Source: Corallochytrium limacisporum Hawaii (taxonomy: Eukaryota; Protista; Pluriformea). From it: 33,616 nt of DNA. Shown here in pieces: positions 9,382-20,738 of the stretch. Below the pieces are notes generated by a model. That model was not told the DNA's origin and searched no databases. It was given only the letters and a program-made list of their open reading frames with translations. The stretch covers positions 1 to 33,616 of the forward strand of contig PDIP01000128.1 of the NCBI GenBank assembly GCA_002811645.1, in the 5' to 3' direction. Each line of letters opens with the position of its first letter. Position 1 is the first letter of the stretch. A program made the translations under genes and the position numbers.

Positions 9382-10766
9382 TCCGAATAGGACTGACGGC
9401 GAGATATCGACTTTCTGTGCGCTCGGATTAAGCAATTGGCTTTACCACCTTGAGAATAGGTTGAAAGAGAATGCATCGGCCTCGAAACCACATGGAGTGA
9501 CACGAAGAACTGCACCTAAGTTGAGGCTAAGGCATCCCCTTAGGTACCGCTAGGCCGCCGGTGTTGGAGTACCATACTAAACCTCACTTCTCCTCATACC
9601 CCCCGGGAAAGAGTGTACGCCGAAAAAATTAACCTCAATCAGCTGGTGCGGTACCACCTACCCAAGAATCCTTGCCGCCCCTCCTCTCGCGTGTCAGGGT
9701 TACGTACCCCACCGTCTGAACGCTCTTTCTCTGCAGATTGGGGGGGGGAGATCTTCTTTCGAATCCCCGGTCCTCTGGATACATGAGGAATTCAGGATGG
9801 GCCTGGGTCTAGAGTATTAGGCTACACTACTGAGTGCCTCAAGTATGATCTCAAATTACCACTGAGTCCAACCGACAAGTCTCTTCTCTCTGTGGGTGTA
9901 TTCAGAACTGGCTCGTGCACACAATCACACACGAAGAACCATCAAGAGCGAACTGTAGATCTCTACCGTTCCACTAACTATGAAATGACAGGTTGGTCCC
10001 TAAGATGTCCTTCAAAGCTGAGGACACCCAGACTACCCGCCACACCTTGGCCGCATCGAAACCCAGTGCTGAGGGGGAGATTCCAGCCGCACTACCTGCT
10101 CCGGTATATCTGGCCAAGGAAGCATCTCTACGTTCCCATTTCGCCCCGTTCGTATTCCTTCTTTTCCTCTTTGTTTTCTCCCTTGTCTTTCGGCTCATAG
10201 ATGCCAATTTTGCTACTGATAGATGCAAGATAAAGAATGTGGATAAGAACGGGACTGGGAGCAGGGAAGGGAAAGATTGGTTCGTATGCCTAAAGTTTTG
10301 GTGAAAATCCCATGACCTTCAAACTGGCATAAACAAGGGGGTTGTATCTGTTATAGTAAGTTGATGCGGCCAGTCGTCTTCTAATGATTTGCTCTCTGAC
10401 CCTGATTTTAACATAGGAAAGTGGTTTTGAGATATCGGTCACATTGATCTGGACATGCGATTAGGATGCTAATAGTCAAATCTCATGAACCCCGCAAGTA
10501 CCCACCAGACATCTACAGGTATCTGATGGCAAGGAGGAGAACAAGTCGATAAGGATAATATAACACTATGATAGAAACTACGTTTATACAAGAGCACCTG
10601 ATGCGGTATGAAGGACATCCTGCTCACTGACACAGAGTTATGTCACTTAATTCTGATTGATGTTTTCTTTGATCAATCACAAACGTAGGTGTCCCACACG
10701 GTAAGATGCCCTATGCTTGCCCAATGGCCAGCTCTAAAACCCCCACTAATCGTTCGCTACATGATA

Positions 10767-11207
10767 TTAGACGCTTGCAGGTGGAGGTGGATTTGTGTCC
10801 AGTGAAAACTTGCCCTGTTGCACTTCCCGCCCGGTACATCCAGCTACGGGATTTACCATACGGTGCTGACCAGACGGAAGAATGGGGGAGACGGCCTTTT
10901 GACCACGGTTTACCGGTGTTGTCGGCAGAACAACAAATGATTGCTCAGGTCTGGCAATTCTGCGGCCACAGTAGCAGTAGGTCAATACAGCCAACATGGC
11001 TACCGCAATAACAGCAATTACAATTCCAACAATGGCTCCAATCGATAGCCCTTTTGAACCATAACCATAGGTGTAAACAGTGGAAACCCCGTAGGCGGGA
11101 TTGCAGTTCTTTGGAAACGCGAGGACACAAGCGGGCGGAGTGCACTTGTCTTCACCGACATCAAGGACTGCTTTAAAATTGCCTATGCAGTAGCATGTAC
11201 AAGCCAT
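10767..11207 (-). CDS. Small single-pass membrane protein, CxCxC family paralog 1 (146 aa)
   Basis: Ectodomain MACTCYC...CTPPACVLAFPKNC, TM segment GLSIGAIVGIVIAVIAVAMLAVLTYCYC followed by GRR, and a Pro-rich tail. Homologous to the ORFs starting at 12577 and 14590. Confidence 0.85.
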   Translation of the reverse strand: MACTCYCIGNFKAVLDVGEDKCTPPACVLAFPKNCNPAYGVSTVYTYGYGSKGLSIGAIVGIVIAVIAVAMLAVLTYCYCGRRIARPEQSFVVLPTTPVNRGQKAVSPILPSGQHRMVNPVAGCTGREVQQGKFSLDTNPPPPASV

Positions 11208-11950
11208 GTTTTGTGTGAGATTGGTTGTGGTGGACCAGTATCCGTCTCCACTTTAGTTCACACACATTTTCGAATACATTGGCATGTGTCTTGATCACAA
11301 ACCTGTGCACAGGTACACCTATACATCCCATTAGATTTAGTATACCTTTCATGTTTCAAGCGTCTGTTGTTGGTTGGCTGTGATGTCTTGGATTCGCTCC
11401 ATCTCGTCGTTCTGAGACTGAAAAAGTCGCTTGGCCGCACTGCGATGTCCAGGTAATTCTGCTGGATCCTGTCGCCCAATTTAGCCGTTACCATCCATTC
11501 CCCCCCCCCTCCTCTGCCTCCAGCAAAGGCGACCTCCACCTAATTTGTTCCCATACTTCTCACAGCAATATGGAATTCCTACGGGCCCAGTTCTGGTTAT
11601 TCCATACGTTCCGCACGAGGGGTCAATTTTCCGTGCTGGTGGGATCGTCGGCAAAATTGGAATCATCGGGTTGCACTGACCTCCTGTCCAAATATTTGGC
11701 GGGGTCATAGGTCGACAGTAGTCCGCCTTGAGATGCTAAAACTGGCTTCCGTGAAGAATTCTGTGTGGCTCTGCAACAGGCCGGTGCGCCGGTGTTCAGT
11801 CGACCTACATGAATGTTAGTATGGAATGTCACGATCTTAAAAAGGATTCTTTACTATGTTGTCGTTGATCAAGTTTACTAGACAGACAATTAAGATCTAC
11901 CTATGTAACAAGATGTTGTAAGGGTGCGAATAGTGTGTCTGTAGAACCAA

Positions 11951-12577
11951 TCACGCGATTTCTTCCGGTGTGGAAACGTGGACACCGGATGTAGGATCGT
12001 GTTGGACAGGAGAGGTTCCAACCTCTGCCGTAGGTTCAGAAGTGAGGTGTGCCATAGGATACTGGCCGTCCAGTTGACCATGGTTTACGGGAACAGCCGG
12101 CTGGCCATAGTTGACCGGAACGCCTGGCTGGCCATAGTTGACCGGAACGCCTGGCTGGCCATAGTTGACCGGAACGCCTGGCTGGCCATAGTTGACCGGA
12201 ACGCCCGGTTGGCCATAGCTCACGGGAGCGCCCGGTTGGCCATAGCTCACGGGAGCGCCCGGCTGGCCACACTTTGCTTGTACGCCGGGCTGACCAAAGA
12301 AGCCTGGTGCCGTGAACACAGCAGTCTTCCTGCGACGGCAGTAGCAGTAAGTCAACACGACCAACGCAACGAAGACTAAGACTGCAATAACAATTCCAAC
12401 AATGGCTCCAACCGATAGCCCACTTGAGGGGTATACGTAATCAGACGCAACTCCATCGCCGCCGTAACCGCAATAAGCTGGAAACGCGGCGACACAGGCA
12501 GCCGGTGTGCATTCAGCGTCATCAACATTGGCGAGGATTTCTGAGAAATCGTTTGCGCAGTAACATGTGCAGGTCAT
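11951..12577 (-). CDS. Small single-pass membrane protein, CxCxC family paralog 2 (208 aa), with a GQPGVPVNY-repeat cytoplasmic tail
   Basis: Start placed at MTCTCYC (gccATG) by homology with the paralogs. Contains CTPAACVAAFPAYC and the TM segment GLSVGAIVGIVIAVLVFVALVVLTYCYC followed by RRRK. Confidence 0.85.
   Translation of the reverse strand: MTCTCYCANDFSEILANVDDAECTPAACVAAFPAYCGYGGDGVASDYVYPSSGLSVGAIVGIVIAVLVFVALVVLTYCYCRRRKTAVFTAPGFFGQPGVQAKCGQPGAPVSYGQPGAPVSYGQPGVPVNYGQPGVPVNYGQPGVPVNYGQPGVPVNYGQPAVPVNHGQLDGQYPMAHLTSEPTAEVGTSPVQHDPTSGVHVSTPEEIA
12080..12295 (-). repeat. Coding minisatellite, 8 x 27 bp
   Basis: Encodes GQPGVQAKC, GQPGAPVSY x2, GQPGVPVNY x4 and GQPAVPVNH. Confidence 0.95.
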
Positions 12578-12670
12578 GGCTGTTATGTGTTGGAATGAAT
12601 GTGATATGTTCAATGATTGTCTGTACTCGAGATTCCACTGATGCGTTGGAATTTCCCCAATCATCCATGC

Positions 12671-12681
12671 ATTTAAGTACC
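12671..12681 (-). promoter_or_regulatory. TATA-like box GGTACTTAAAT for paralog 2
   Basis: Lies 104 nt before ATG 12577. The surrounding sequence is recognisably homologous to 14681-14730. Confidence 0.55.
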
Positions 12682-14284
12682 CCCGATTTTGTGCAGACGC
12701 ACGGCTACCTCTTGAACACAGCCTATCCCATTAGATGCCGCATTCTTGACATCCGACAAAAAAATTAAGGCGTCGAACCTCATGTGTTGGTTACTGTACA
12801 GGGGTGTGATCTCTTGGGATCATTTCGCCCCTCCTGTCCCAAAACGGCTGGTTGATGGAATACTTGCCCTCTTTTGCCCGAAAACACAACGCGTCCTTTC
12901 CCAATTATTTAACCGTTACCATTCCTACCCGCCCTCTTTGCCCAGTCGTCCGTACCCCCTCATACCACCGGTGGTCCTACCACACAAAAAAAAACCCTTC
13001 TCGGACGCAACCTCGACTGCGGCCCCTTACCCGCTCTATGTTGCATATGGAACTGAAGCCACTCACTCTAGTCGCTCTACTTCAACGGTCAGTATACCAC
13101 CAAGACCTTCCTGTGCCCGAGGGGAGGGGGGGGAGCGTGGGGGACCCAGCCGTTATGTGATTCATATACCATCGTATTGCAATTTTTCCTTCCTTTGCTG
13201 CAATAGTCGATCGTACCCATTAATTTTTCCTTGTGGCCAGCGGGGGGGGAGCCAATAGTGAAATACTAGCGGGCTCCAGGGAAAGGCTTTTTTTTTTCCC
13301 GCATCGGGGACGGGTCTGTCTCCAGCCTTTCTGCTCCACTACCAATAGAATACCTCCCGGAACGGAAAGGGACTGACTGTGTTCGGCAGGTCTTCCGCCC
13401 GAGAACCTGTGTTTGTGTTTTGCCGACCTTTCTTTTGCGCAGTAGTATGCTAGCTGTGCATGTTACGTTTTCCGATATTTTGGGTCCTTATCAAGTAACT
13501 GATGGCGAATTAACAGTAATAAGGATATACGGTAAGAAGATTGTATTCGGAGAAGGGTTATCCCGTCAGCGCAATACCAAGACATTAGACCGACACAGGA
13601 CGTGAAAATTCATAGAAATGGGTGAATCAACTGTTCTGCAATTGCACGGCCCTGATTTGACTTAAGTTGCTGAAAATGCCTTTCGTAGCTAATCGTGGAA
13701 ACCAGGTCAAAATCCGGGACACCGAACCCCTCGTTGCCCGGGGTCTGAGCAACGCAGCACCTTTGACATCCTGATCTTTGGGGTCCCGTAGCCACTGAAT
13801 GAATGAACATGCCGAAGCATTTGAACTCTTCAGCATCGGTCCTCGACTGCAACCGATCCTGAAGTAGGAGACGGTGGCCCACATTGACAGTCCGGAACCA
13901 CGGAGTGACTCGGCACCCGGCTTGCAGGGCCCTGTTCAGTTGACCTAACCCGGCGATTGTCTGCGATTCATCAGGTAATGAGAAAGTTTCTTTACGATGT
14001 TTTCTTTGATATATACTATGGGATAGACAAATGAAAGCTTCCCACACCGCAGAATGTCATATGGCTGCTACTAGGATTCCTTGAGCACCAACTGAGCGAT
14101 TTCAGGTTGCATGGTGTTGTAGATGCCTGCGGGCTGGAAAGTATGAGCGGGTTTGTATCCTCTAGTAGACTGTACCCTCTTACTCTAAGATGCTACGTAG
14201 ATTAAGCGACGAGATTTGCCAAGGAGAACATGACCTGAACAAGGAATTGAAGAGAACGCAAACACAATCGCCTGAACACCCCGC

Positions 14285-14590
14285 TTACACGTTCCGGAAC
14301 CCAACCATCTTTGGTTCAGGCGCAACTTTTTGGTCAGTTGCCATCTTCCTACGGCGGAAGAAACAGAATGCCAAGACGACCACTACTACGAAAAGTATAA
14401 GTCCAATGACGAGAGCAGCAATGGCCCCGGGTGATGGTCCTGGGCTATCGGTAGATGTGTAAAATCTCACAATACCGAGCACCAAGGGGCACTTGTCGGG
14501 GAACGAGTCGAAGCATCCAGTGGGGTTGCAATGGTCTACATCGACATCGATGACCGCTGTGAAGTCTGGGCAGAAACATGTACAAGCCAT
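14285..14590 (-). CDS. Small single-pass membrane protein, CxCxC family paralog 3 (101 aa)
   Basis: Ectodomain MACTCFC...CNPTGCFDSFPDKC, TM segment GPSPGAIAALVIGLILFVVVVVLAFCFF followed by RRRK, and a short tail. Confidence 0.85.
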   Translation of the reverse strand: MACTCFCPDFTAVIDVDVDHCNPTGCFDSFPDKCPLVLGIVRFYTSTDSPGPSPGAIAALVIGLILFVVVVVLAFCFFRRRKMATDQKVAPEPKMVGFRNV

Positions 14591-14680
14591 GACTGATGTG
14601 TTGTGTTAGAATTTGTTGGGATGGATTAGTGATTGTTCTACTTAAGATCCCAGCTCTTTCCCAAGCTGCAATGATCTTTG

Positions 14681-14691
14681 CATTAAATACC
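14681..14691 (-). promoter_or_regulatory. TATA-like box GGTATTTAATG for paralog 3
   Basis: Lies 101 nt before ATG 14590. Confidence 0.55.
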
Positions 14692-17600
14692 CAGCGGGTT
14701 GTGCAAACACACAGATATCTCTGAAACAGAGCACAACACGATAGATAACGTATTCCGAACATTAACCATTTTTGGGCCTCATGTGTCTTTTGAGTCATCC
14801 AGCAGTGATGTCTGGGGCTCGTTCTGCCCTACCGTTCCAACACTCGTCAGTTGGCAGATCTGCCAGGTCGAGACAGTGTTAGCCAATCGACACCGGTCCC
14901 AACCCTCTTTCCCCCCTCCCCTTCCCTTAACCCCCGTTACCAACCGCCTTCCTCCCGTGGGGGGGCCAACCTCCACCCCATCGATCGTACTCTCATTCAA
15001 CCGGTGGTACCACCGTCCCTCGAACGCAATACCCGAACCTCCTGCGGTGGTGTCTTTTCCCTAAGGGTTAGCTAGCTATGGAAAATGTATAGATTTCTCT
15101 GCCCACTTCCCTCCCCGTACGCACACTCGCATACGCACTCCTACCCATCGTTCCTCTCCTCCCGGGGGGGGGGGCCGCCTCCCTTCCTTGCTCTGCCACA
15201 ATTAATGGCATTTTCGGTGAATAGAACAGGAATACGCCCAAGGAAATTAATATACGTGGTGGAGAGAGTCTGGCCTGCGTGGGTCTGTCTCCAGATTTTA
15301 GGGCCTCACTACCAAGTGGTACCAACACGAGTGCGTATCCCGAACAGAGCGGGAGTCGCTGTGTACGGAATACCTGTGCTCGGCCCCGGATGTGTGTCGA
15401 TCTCCAAGGGGTTAGGTTTTAAATCACAGGAGTCCTGAGTGATGTGCTGGCTAGATGCCACATTAAGATCACACAAAGACTGTCGATCTATACGAAAGCG
15501 AGTGCTAAACGTTTCAATATATGTTGATGCTCGAACATTTTTGAATCCACCTCCAGTACATATAACCCACCTCAGTCACAATGGCATGGACCAAATTCTA
15601 AAACACTCACACAGATGTAATGTGAAATCATGGTCACACAGGGTCGCATCCTCATTGTCTGGCATGTACCGGTCGGTCTCCCCGTCAATAGGGGAAATTG
15701 TGGCTAGTCAATATGACGCCTCTCCGGTTAATCTGTGTTCTCAAACCAAGAACATTATACGCATTTACATCTCTTGCACGACCATGCACGATCTTTGCAT
15801 GATCACTTTTCCCGCCGCACCTGGTAGCTATCCGTTACTTGGGTGTGACCTGACGGATAGTTTTGGGATAAGACTTGCAACAGCCTTCAGTCTTGGACAA
15901 GGCAGAGTCTGGTAAGCTGTTTGGTAATCGGTTGACCACACCCTCTACTTTGTGTACTCGCAGTGAGTTGCCGCATATAGGGAACAAGCACACCTTCGTA
16001 TCGAATCTGGGAGAGCTGACAAGGGGCAACCTGAGTACACATACCAGGGTCCGTATCCCAGGTTTGCTCTGCTAGCATCTAGGTCTACGATGTCAGCCAC
16101 GATGGTCCTGCTGAACATTGCTTCCGAAAAAAACAGTAGTGCAGAATCTTTGCCTTGAAAATGCATCCGCGTTTACACAAAAACAAAGTACCTTGGAAGC
16201 AGTGGCCCACAACTATTGGCCAATTAGTTGCCCAAGGAACCGAAGCCTCTGAAGAACTAGAGACTTGAAGATACGGCTCTCAGATTAAGGCCCCTATTGA
16301 ACAGAAGGACTGTGTCGGATGCGGACGAATGGAAACTTAATCTACCGCAAATGCTGAAAGCAAGCGGTACTCCGGGAATTGATAGGGGACCACAACGGGA
16401 GAAAAGTCTTAGTAGCAGCGAATGAAGCGGCTCTTTAGATTATGAGTACCACCCTACCACACATTGCATAAATTGGGTTCCCGTTCCCGGGAACAGTTTC
16501 CAATCAGCCTCTGTCGTCTCCTATCCGTGGATCGGACGTCGTAGCGGGACGAAATTATGTGGATAGGCTTCTCACTCGCGCCCACGCAGAGTTGAAACAC
16601 TCTCCTGACCCAGTCCTGCAGGTTTGGGAACACACCCCGGTTGACCCGGAAGTAATAAAAAAAACTCCAACGAGCTGATTTCGCCGGTGCCGCAACCGCA
16701 CCCTCTCAGAACTGAACCAAGCGGACGGGAAGTGTTAGGCGCTGAGGCGCTGGGGCTGGTTTTAGGGCTAACGGACTTACGGTTGGAATTGTCCGACACA
16801 ACACAGGGTGGTGGACAAAAATCGTTTCTGTGTATGAGCGCACCATTCACAAGTAGCCATGCGAATCTGTTCCGATATGCCGAATCTGTGCCTTATCGGC
16901 TATTAAACCGGTTACAGTATGACCTTGTAGTGCTTGTTGCTTCGTTTTCAACTCTCTTATCCTACACAGACGTCCCGCCGCTCGGGGATACATAAGGTGG
17001 CCACGGACATGTTGACGTATAAAAACAATTGTGCCAATGCTAATCTTCACTATGAACCCTAAAACAAAAACCTAAGCTCAGGTCAGATTTAATCAAGTAT
17101 GAAATCAGAGCTCCTTCAAGAAGTATATTCAATTCTTGCCCTTGGTGGCCCATCTCCTACAGAGGGACAAGGCAGACCTTGGGTGGTAAACTCTCCTGGT
17201 GTGCACCAAGCGCTCCAAAGGCGAATGGTCAGGATGAACACGCCCAGAAAAATTGGAGGGGGATCCGGCACCAGATACACCCTGGGGGAAGCTTTGAAGC
17301 AGACCGGGCCCCCGGGGGGAGGGGGGAAGGGAAGAGATTAGAGGGATCATCCGGTCCCAACCACAACCGGAACATGGACTACCACACAGACCGTCAAGAT
17401 GCGAAGAAAAAATGGGAACATGATCAGGTCTGCATTAGTCCCGCAGGCGGAACAAGTGCTGTTGTGTTATCTTACCTCTGATGTGAAGCATGGCGACAAA
17501 TAAATCATCAGAATCTTACTCAATCGTGAGCTCGTTTAAAACATTAATCCAGAGTAGGTTAGACGCGGACCACGACGTGTCATGACCCCTTTCAAAGCCA

Positions 17601-18259
17601 ATGAGGGCAGTGCAAATAGAAATAATTTGTTTTATAATTAGTTGGCAGTATTGTGTTATCCTGCGAAACTGGTTTTGTCATTGTCATGCTCAAATCTACC
17701 AGATTCGTTACACCACACACCATCTTGACCATGTGCTAGAGCCAGCATGGCTCCAGCCTCGGTATGGGCCAGGCTTGCATGCCCTAAGAACAGTTCGTCA
17801 TGGTCGGCACCATCCACGAGTTGGTCTGTGACGATCGCAGAGATAGCATTCACACGGCGCTTAGAATGCCGCGCACTGCAGCGCTGTCCATGACAACAGT
17901 GACCATCTGGGCTGTGTCTGGAAGTTTTCTTCTTGAAGAGACCGACTACTCGCGCCTTCTTGCAGGGTTTGCTTGAGGAATTAGTTCCACTAGCACGGCC
18001 GACGCAGCTGGTGCGTTGCTTGAGCCCACAGAAGCTCTTGCAACCCGACCCGCAAGGGAAAATTCCAAAAAATACAAAGGCCACGTTGATACGACTTCTG
18101 TACGCCTTCTGTGAAGATCGACTCGTCCTTCGGCACATGGGGAATGTGTCACTCTAAATAGGGATTGAGTCCGCGCCCGAATTATAACTGTTCGGACCAT
18201 TAGTTTATCTCTCCATGGTGCTCACGAACACCTCCTCCTTTTATACCAAAGCTGCTAAC

Positions 18260-18361
18260 TTGGACAAATGAAACTACCACCGCCCCTCTTTTGATAAATG
18301 AAACTTTCGATAATTCAAACTATCACCGCCCCTCTTTGGATAAATGAAACCACCGCCCCTG
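18260..18361. repeat. Degenerate tandem repeat of about 3 units, (t/g)gataaatgaaac(tac)caccgcccct
   Basis: caccgcccct occurs three times and aaatgaaac three times within ~100 nt. Confidence 0.8.
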
Positions 18362-19270
18362 TGGACTTGTATTATGGAATGCACAAATAAAACCACTTAA
18401 CTTGGTATAATAGAATTCATAGTACCAAGCAAGATCTGCGTCCGTCGGAACTGCCTTCAATCTAACGCCACTTTTGATGTTTATGCCCAACGCAACTGTC
18501 CGTCGTTCCCCCTTTCCCCCTTTTCACCCCAGGCACCAGGCGCCAGGGGAAGCCTTTCTGACCCACCGCAGGGGTTGGCGCCATTTGGTCGCAACACCGC
18601 TCCGCCCCATGGAGCAGTTCTGAGATTTAGCGCAGTCTACGTCACTAGTCTCGTCGTCTGTGTTTGTACTTTCTTCCCAGTGGCTGATCAACACAGCGAA
18701 ATGCATTCCAAGAGCCCCCGTGAAGATCCAGAGAGGGTTTGTTTTCACTGATGCAATAAAAGCCTTTAACGGGAAACACTGGAACCAGGGCACCTTCCCG
18801 GGCTTGTCCACGCGAACTCCGGCGCTGAAAGCTTGAGAGCGGTGGAGGCTTTTGCTCTCAGGCTGAAGGTGCAAGATTAGGTCTGATCGACTGTTGTGTT
18901 GGCATTCCTGGTGCTGAGCAAGGTTCTTCTTCAACATTTGTTGGTATAAAAATAGCCGTGAGTCGCAAAAAACAATGACCAGGTGGGCCTTATACCCAGT
19001 CCGTACCCTAAAAAAAGCCAAGGTCAGCCACAAGAAACCGTACCACGAGCAAATTTTTCTCCGCAAAGTGAGCGGCGGAGGAGTGCGTGGAGCATTTATC
19101 CCTAATGTTCAGGCCTTAAACGGTCAGAGCACCAGAGGAATCGCGCGCCGAGTGGGGGGATCCACCCAAAAAGGAGGAAAAGAGAGGGGGCGGGGGTGGA
19201 CAATAAAATAGCGCATTGAAAAGATAAGGTCCTGAGATGCCCAAAGCACGGGGCAAGGTGGGTCGACGGG

Positions 19271-19480
19271 AAAACAAAATGGTCCCCCCCCCCTATTATT
19301 TATAACCAAATGGCCCCCCCCTTTCTATTTAAAACCAAATGGCCCCCCCCCTCCCTTTCTATTCAAAACCAAACGGCCCCCCCTTACTATGCAAACCAAA
19401 TGGCCCCCCCTTACTATTCAAAACCAAACGGCCCCCCCCCTTACTATTTAAAACCAAATAACGGTTCCCTTACTATGTAA
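19271..19480. repeat. Minisatellite of about 7 units of ~28-34 bp, aaccaaa(t/c)ggc(n)tt(a/t)ctatt
   Basis: Unit aaccaaatggccccccc-ttactatt(t/c)aa repeats with variable C-run length. Confidence 0.9.
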
Positions 19481-19863
19481 TAAAAAAACAGTTGGTCCCG
19501 TGCCGGGACTGGCCGGGGCGAAAAAGAAGGGGGGAGGGGGGGGAAGGGAAGGAGGGGATCGAAGGGGAGGCGGGCACCCAATGGCTCTACTATCAGAACA
19601 GGCGCACTCTCTCTCACCCCCCCCCTTCTCTCCGGGGAACGGAGCGAGGGAGGGAGAGGAGGGCTGATGGGAGAGTCCGGGTGTGGCCACCTGTGGTCAT
19701 TGTTGGCAAAGGGCATTCTAGGGCGTAAGTGAGAGTCGGAAATGGGGGGGGTAGGGGGAGAAAAGGGAGGTGAGAGATGGCAAGGAAGGCGGCAGGTTGG
19801 AGAGTACTGTCATTGGGGCTGAAACAATGACTTTCGTAGCCGGCGGTAACCGTTTTATCGCTT

Positions 19864-19901
19864 GTGTTTATGTGTGTGTGTGTGTCTGTGCGTGTGTGTG
19901 C
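19864..19901. repeat. Imperfect (TG)n microsatellite
   Basis: tgtgtttatgtgtgtgtgtgtgtctgtgcgtgtgtgtg. Confidence 0.85.
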
Positions 19902-20738
19902 GCCCCGCGCGTTCAGTGTGCCGGCGGCAGTGCTCGTGGTGCGTTCTCAGTCTTAAGCACGAACGAAAAGTTCTTTGGAAAATGCTACACCCAGAAAACC
20001 CGAGACTCTGCCACATACACACACGTGTCCTACGCTGTGCCCACTACTGGGCACGCACACTGATGGAATTAGTAACCCAGAACAGTGAGCACAGGGCGCT
20101 CGCATCACCCTCTTGTAACGCACCAGCCGAGAAACAGGAGAACAATTTTGTTGGTAATAGTACAAGGGAGGGGGAGAGCGCAGAGGAAAAAGTGGGTGCC
20201 GAAACACTTTCCAAGCACTCCGGGGTCCCCCACAGGGGCGGGTAAGGAGGAGGCAGGGGCAGGGGAACCCAGACTGTTGTCCCAACGGGTGTGGTTGTTT
20301 GCGCTATGTGTGGGCGTAAGATGTCCATTGCGACCCGAAAATTCGCCAAAGGGATTCCTACAAACGTCCTACAGTTGCGTGTCGAGCCAAAACTGTTTTC
20401 TTTTGAAAGCTTAGCAGATTAATGGCAGCTATCATGTTGAGAGAGCAGCGTGCCCACAGCAACAGGCACCGGAGAGTCGCTGTTATTGATCTCATCGTTG
20501 GGATCAGAACGCATATCAGGGATACTTTTTTTGACCAGGGATAGGAGTGGCAGTGCCATCAAGGGTGATGGCTCACCAGCAGTGGTAGACGTGGGAGTAG
20601 TGGCAGTTGCACTGGTAGTGGTAGATATAGGAGAAGCAGCAGTAGTCGTCTGATCTGTAGTGGTATCGCTTTGCTGTTGTCGATCGACCAAACTCTTGTT
20701 CTTTTGCCTTGCATATGGATACGAAAAGCTACGTCTGT

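Noticed and set aside
12036-12379. Alternative-frame repeat ORFs (WPARRSGQL and AIVDRNAWL repeats)
   Set aside because: These are shadow frames of the 27-bp repeat inside paralog 2, whose frame is fixed by homology with the other two paralogs.
13248-13280. Short resemblance to an LSU rRNA motif (ggagccaatagtgaaatac)
   Set aside because: Under 25 nt, with no flanking rRNA similarity. No rRNA or tRNA gene could be supported anywhere in the window.
12746-18200. Numerous 60-170 aa ORFs outside the called genes, including coding-looking fragments near 13610-14047, 15440-16420 and 17780-18157
   Set aside because: No recognisable motifs, often non-ATG starts or low-complexity G/C-run translations. 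Some may be decayed genes, but I cannot support a call.
19271-19480. CRISPR-like array
   Set aside because: Units abut with no unique spacers, vary only in homopolymer length, and there are no cas genes. It is a minisatellite.
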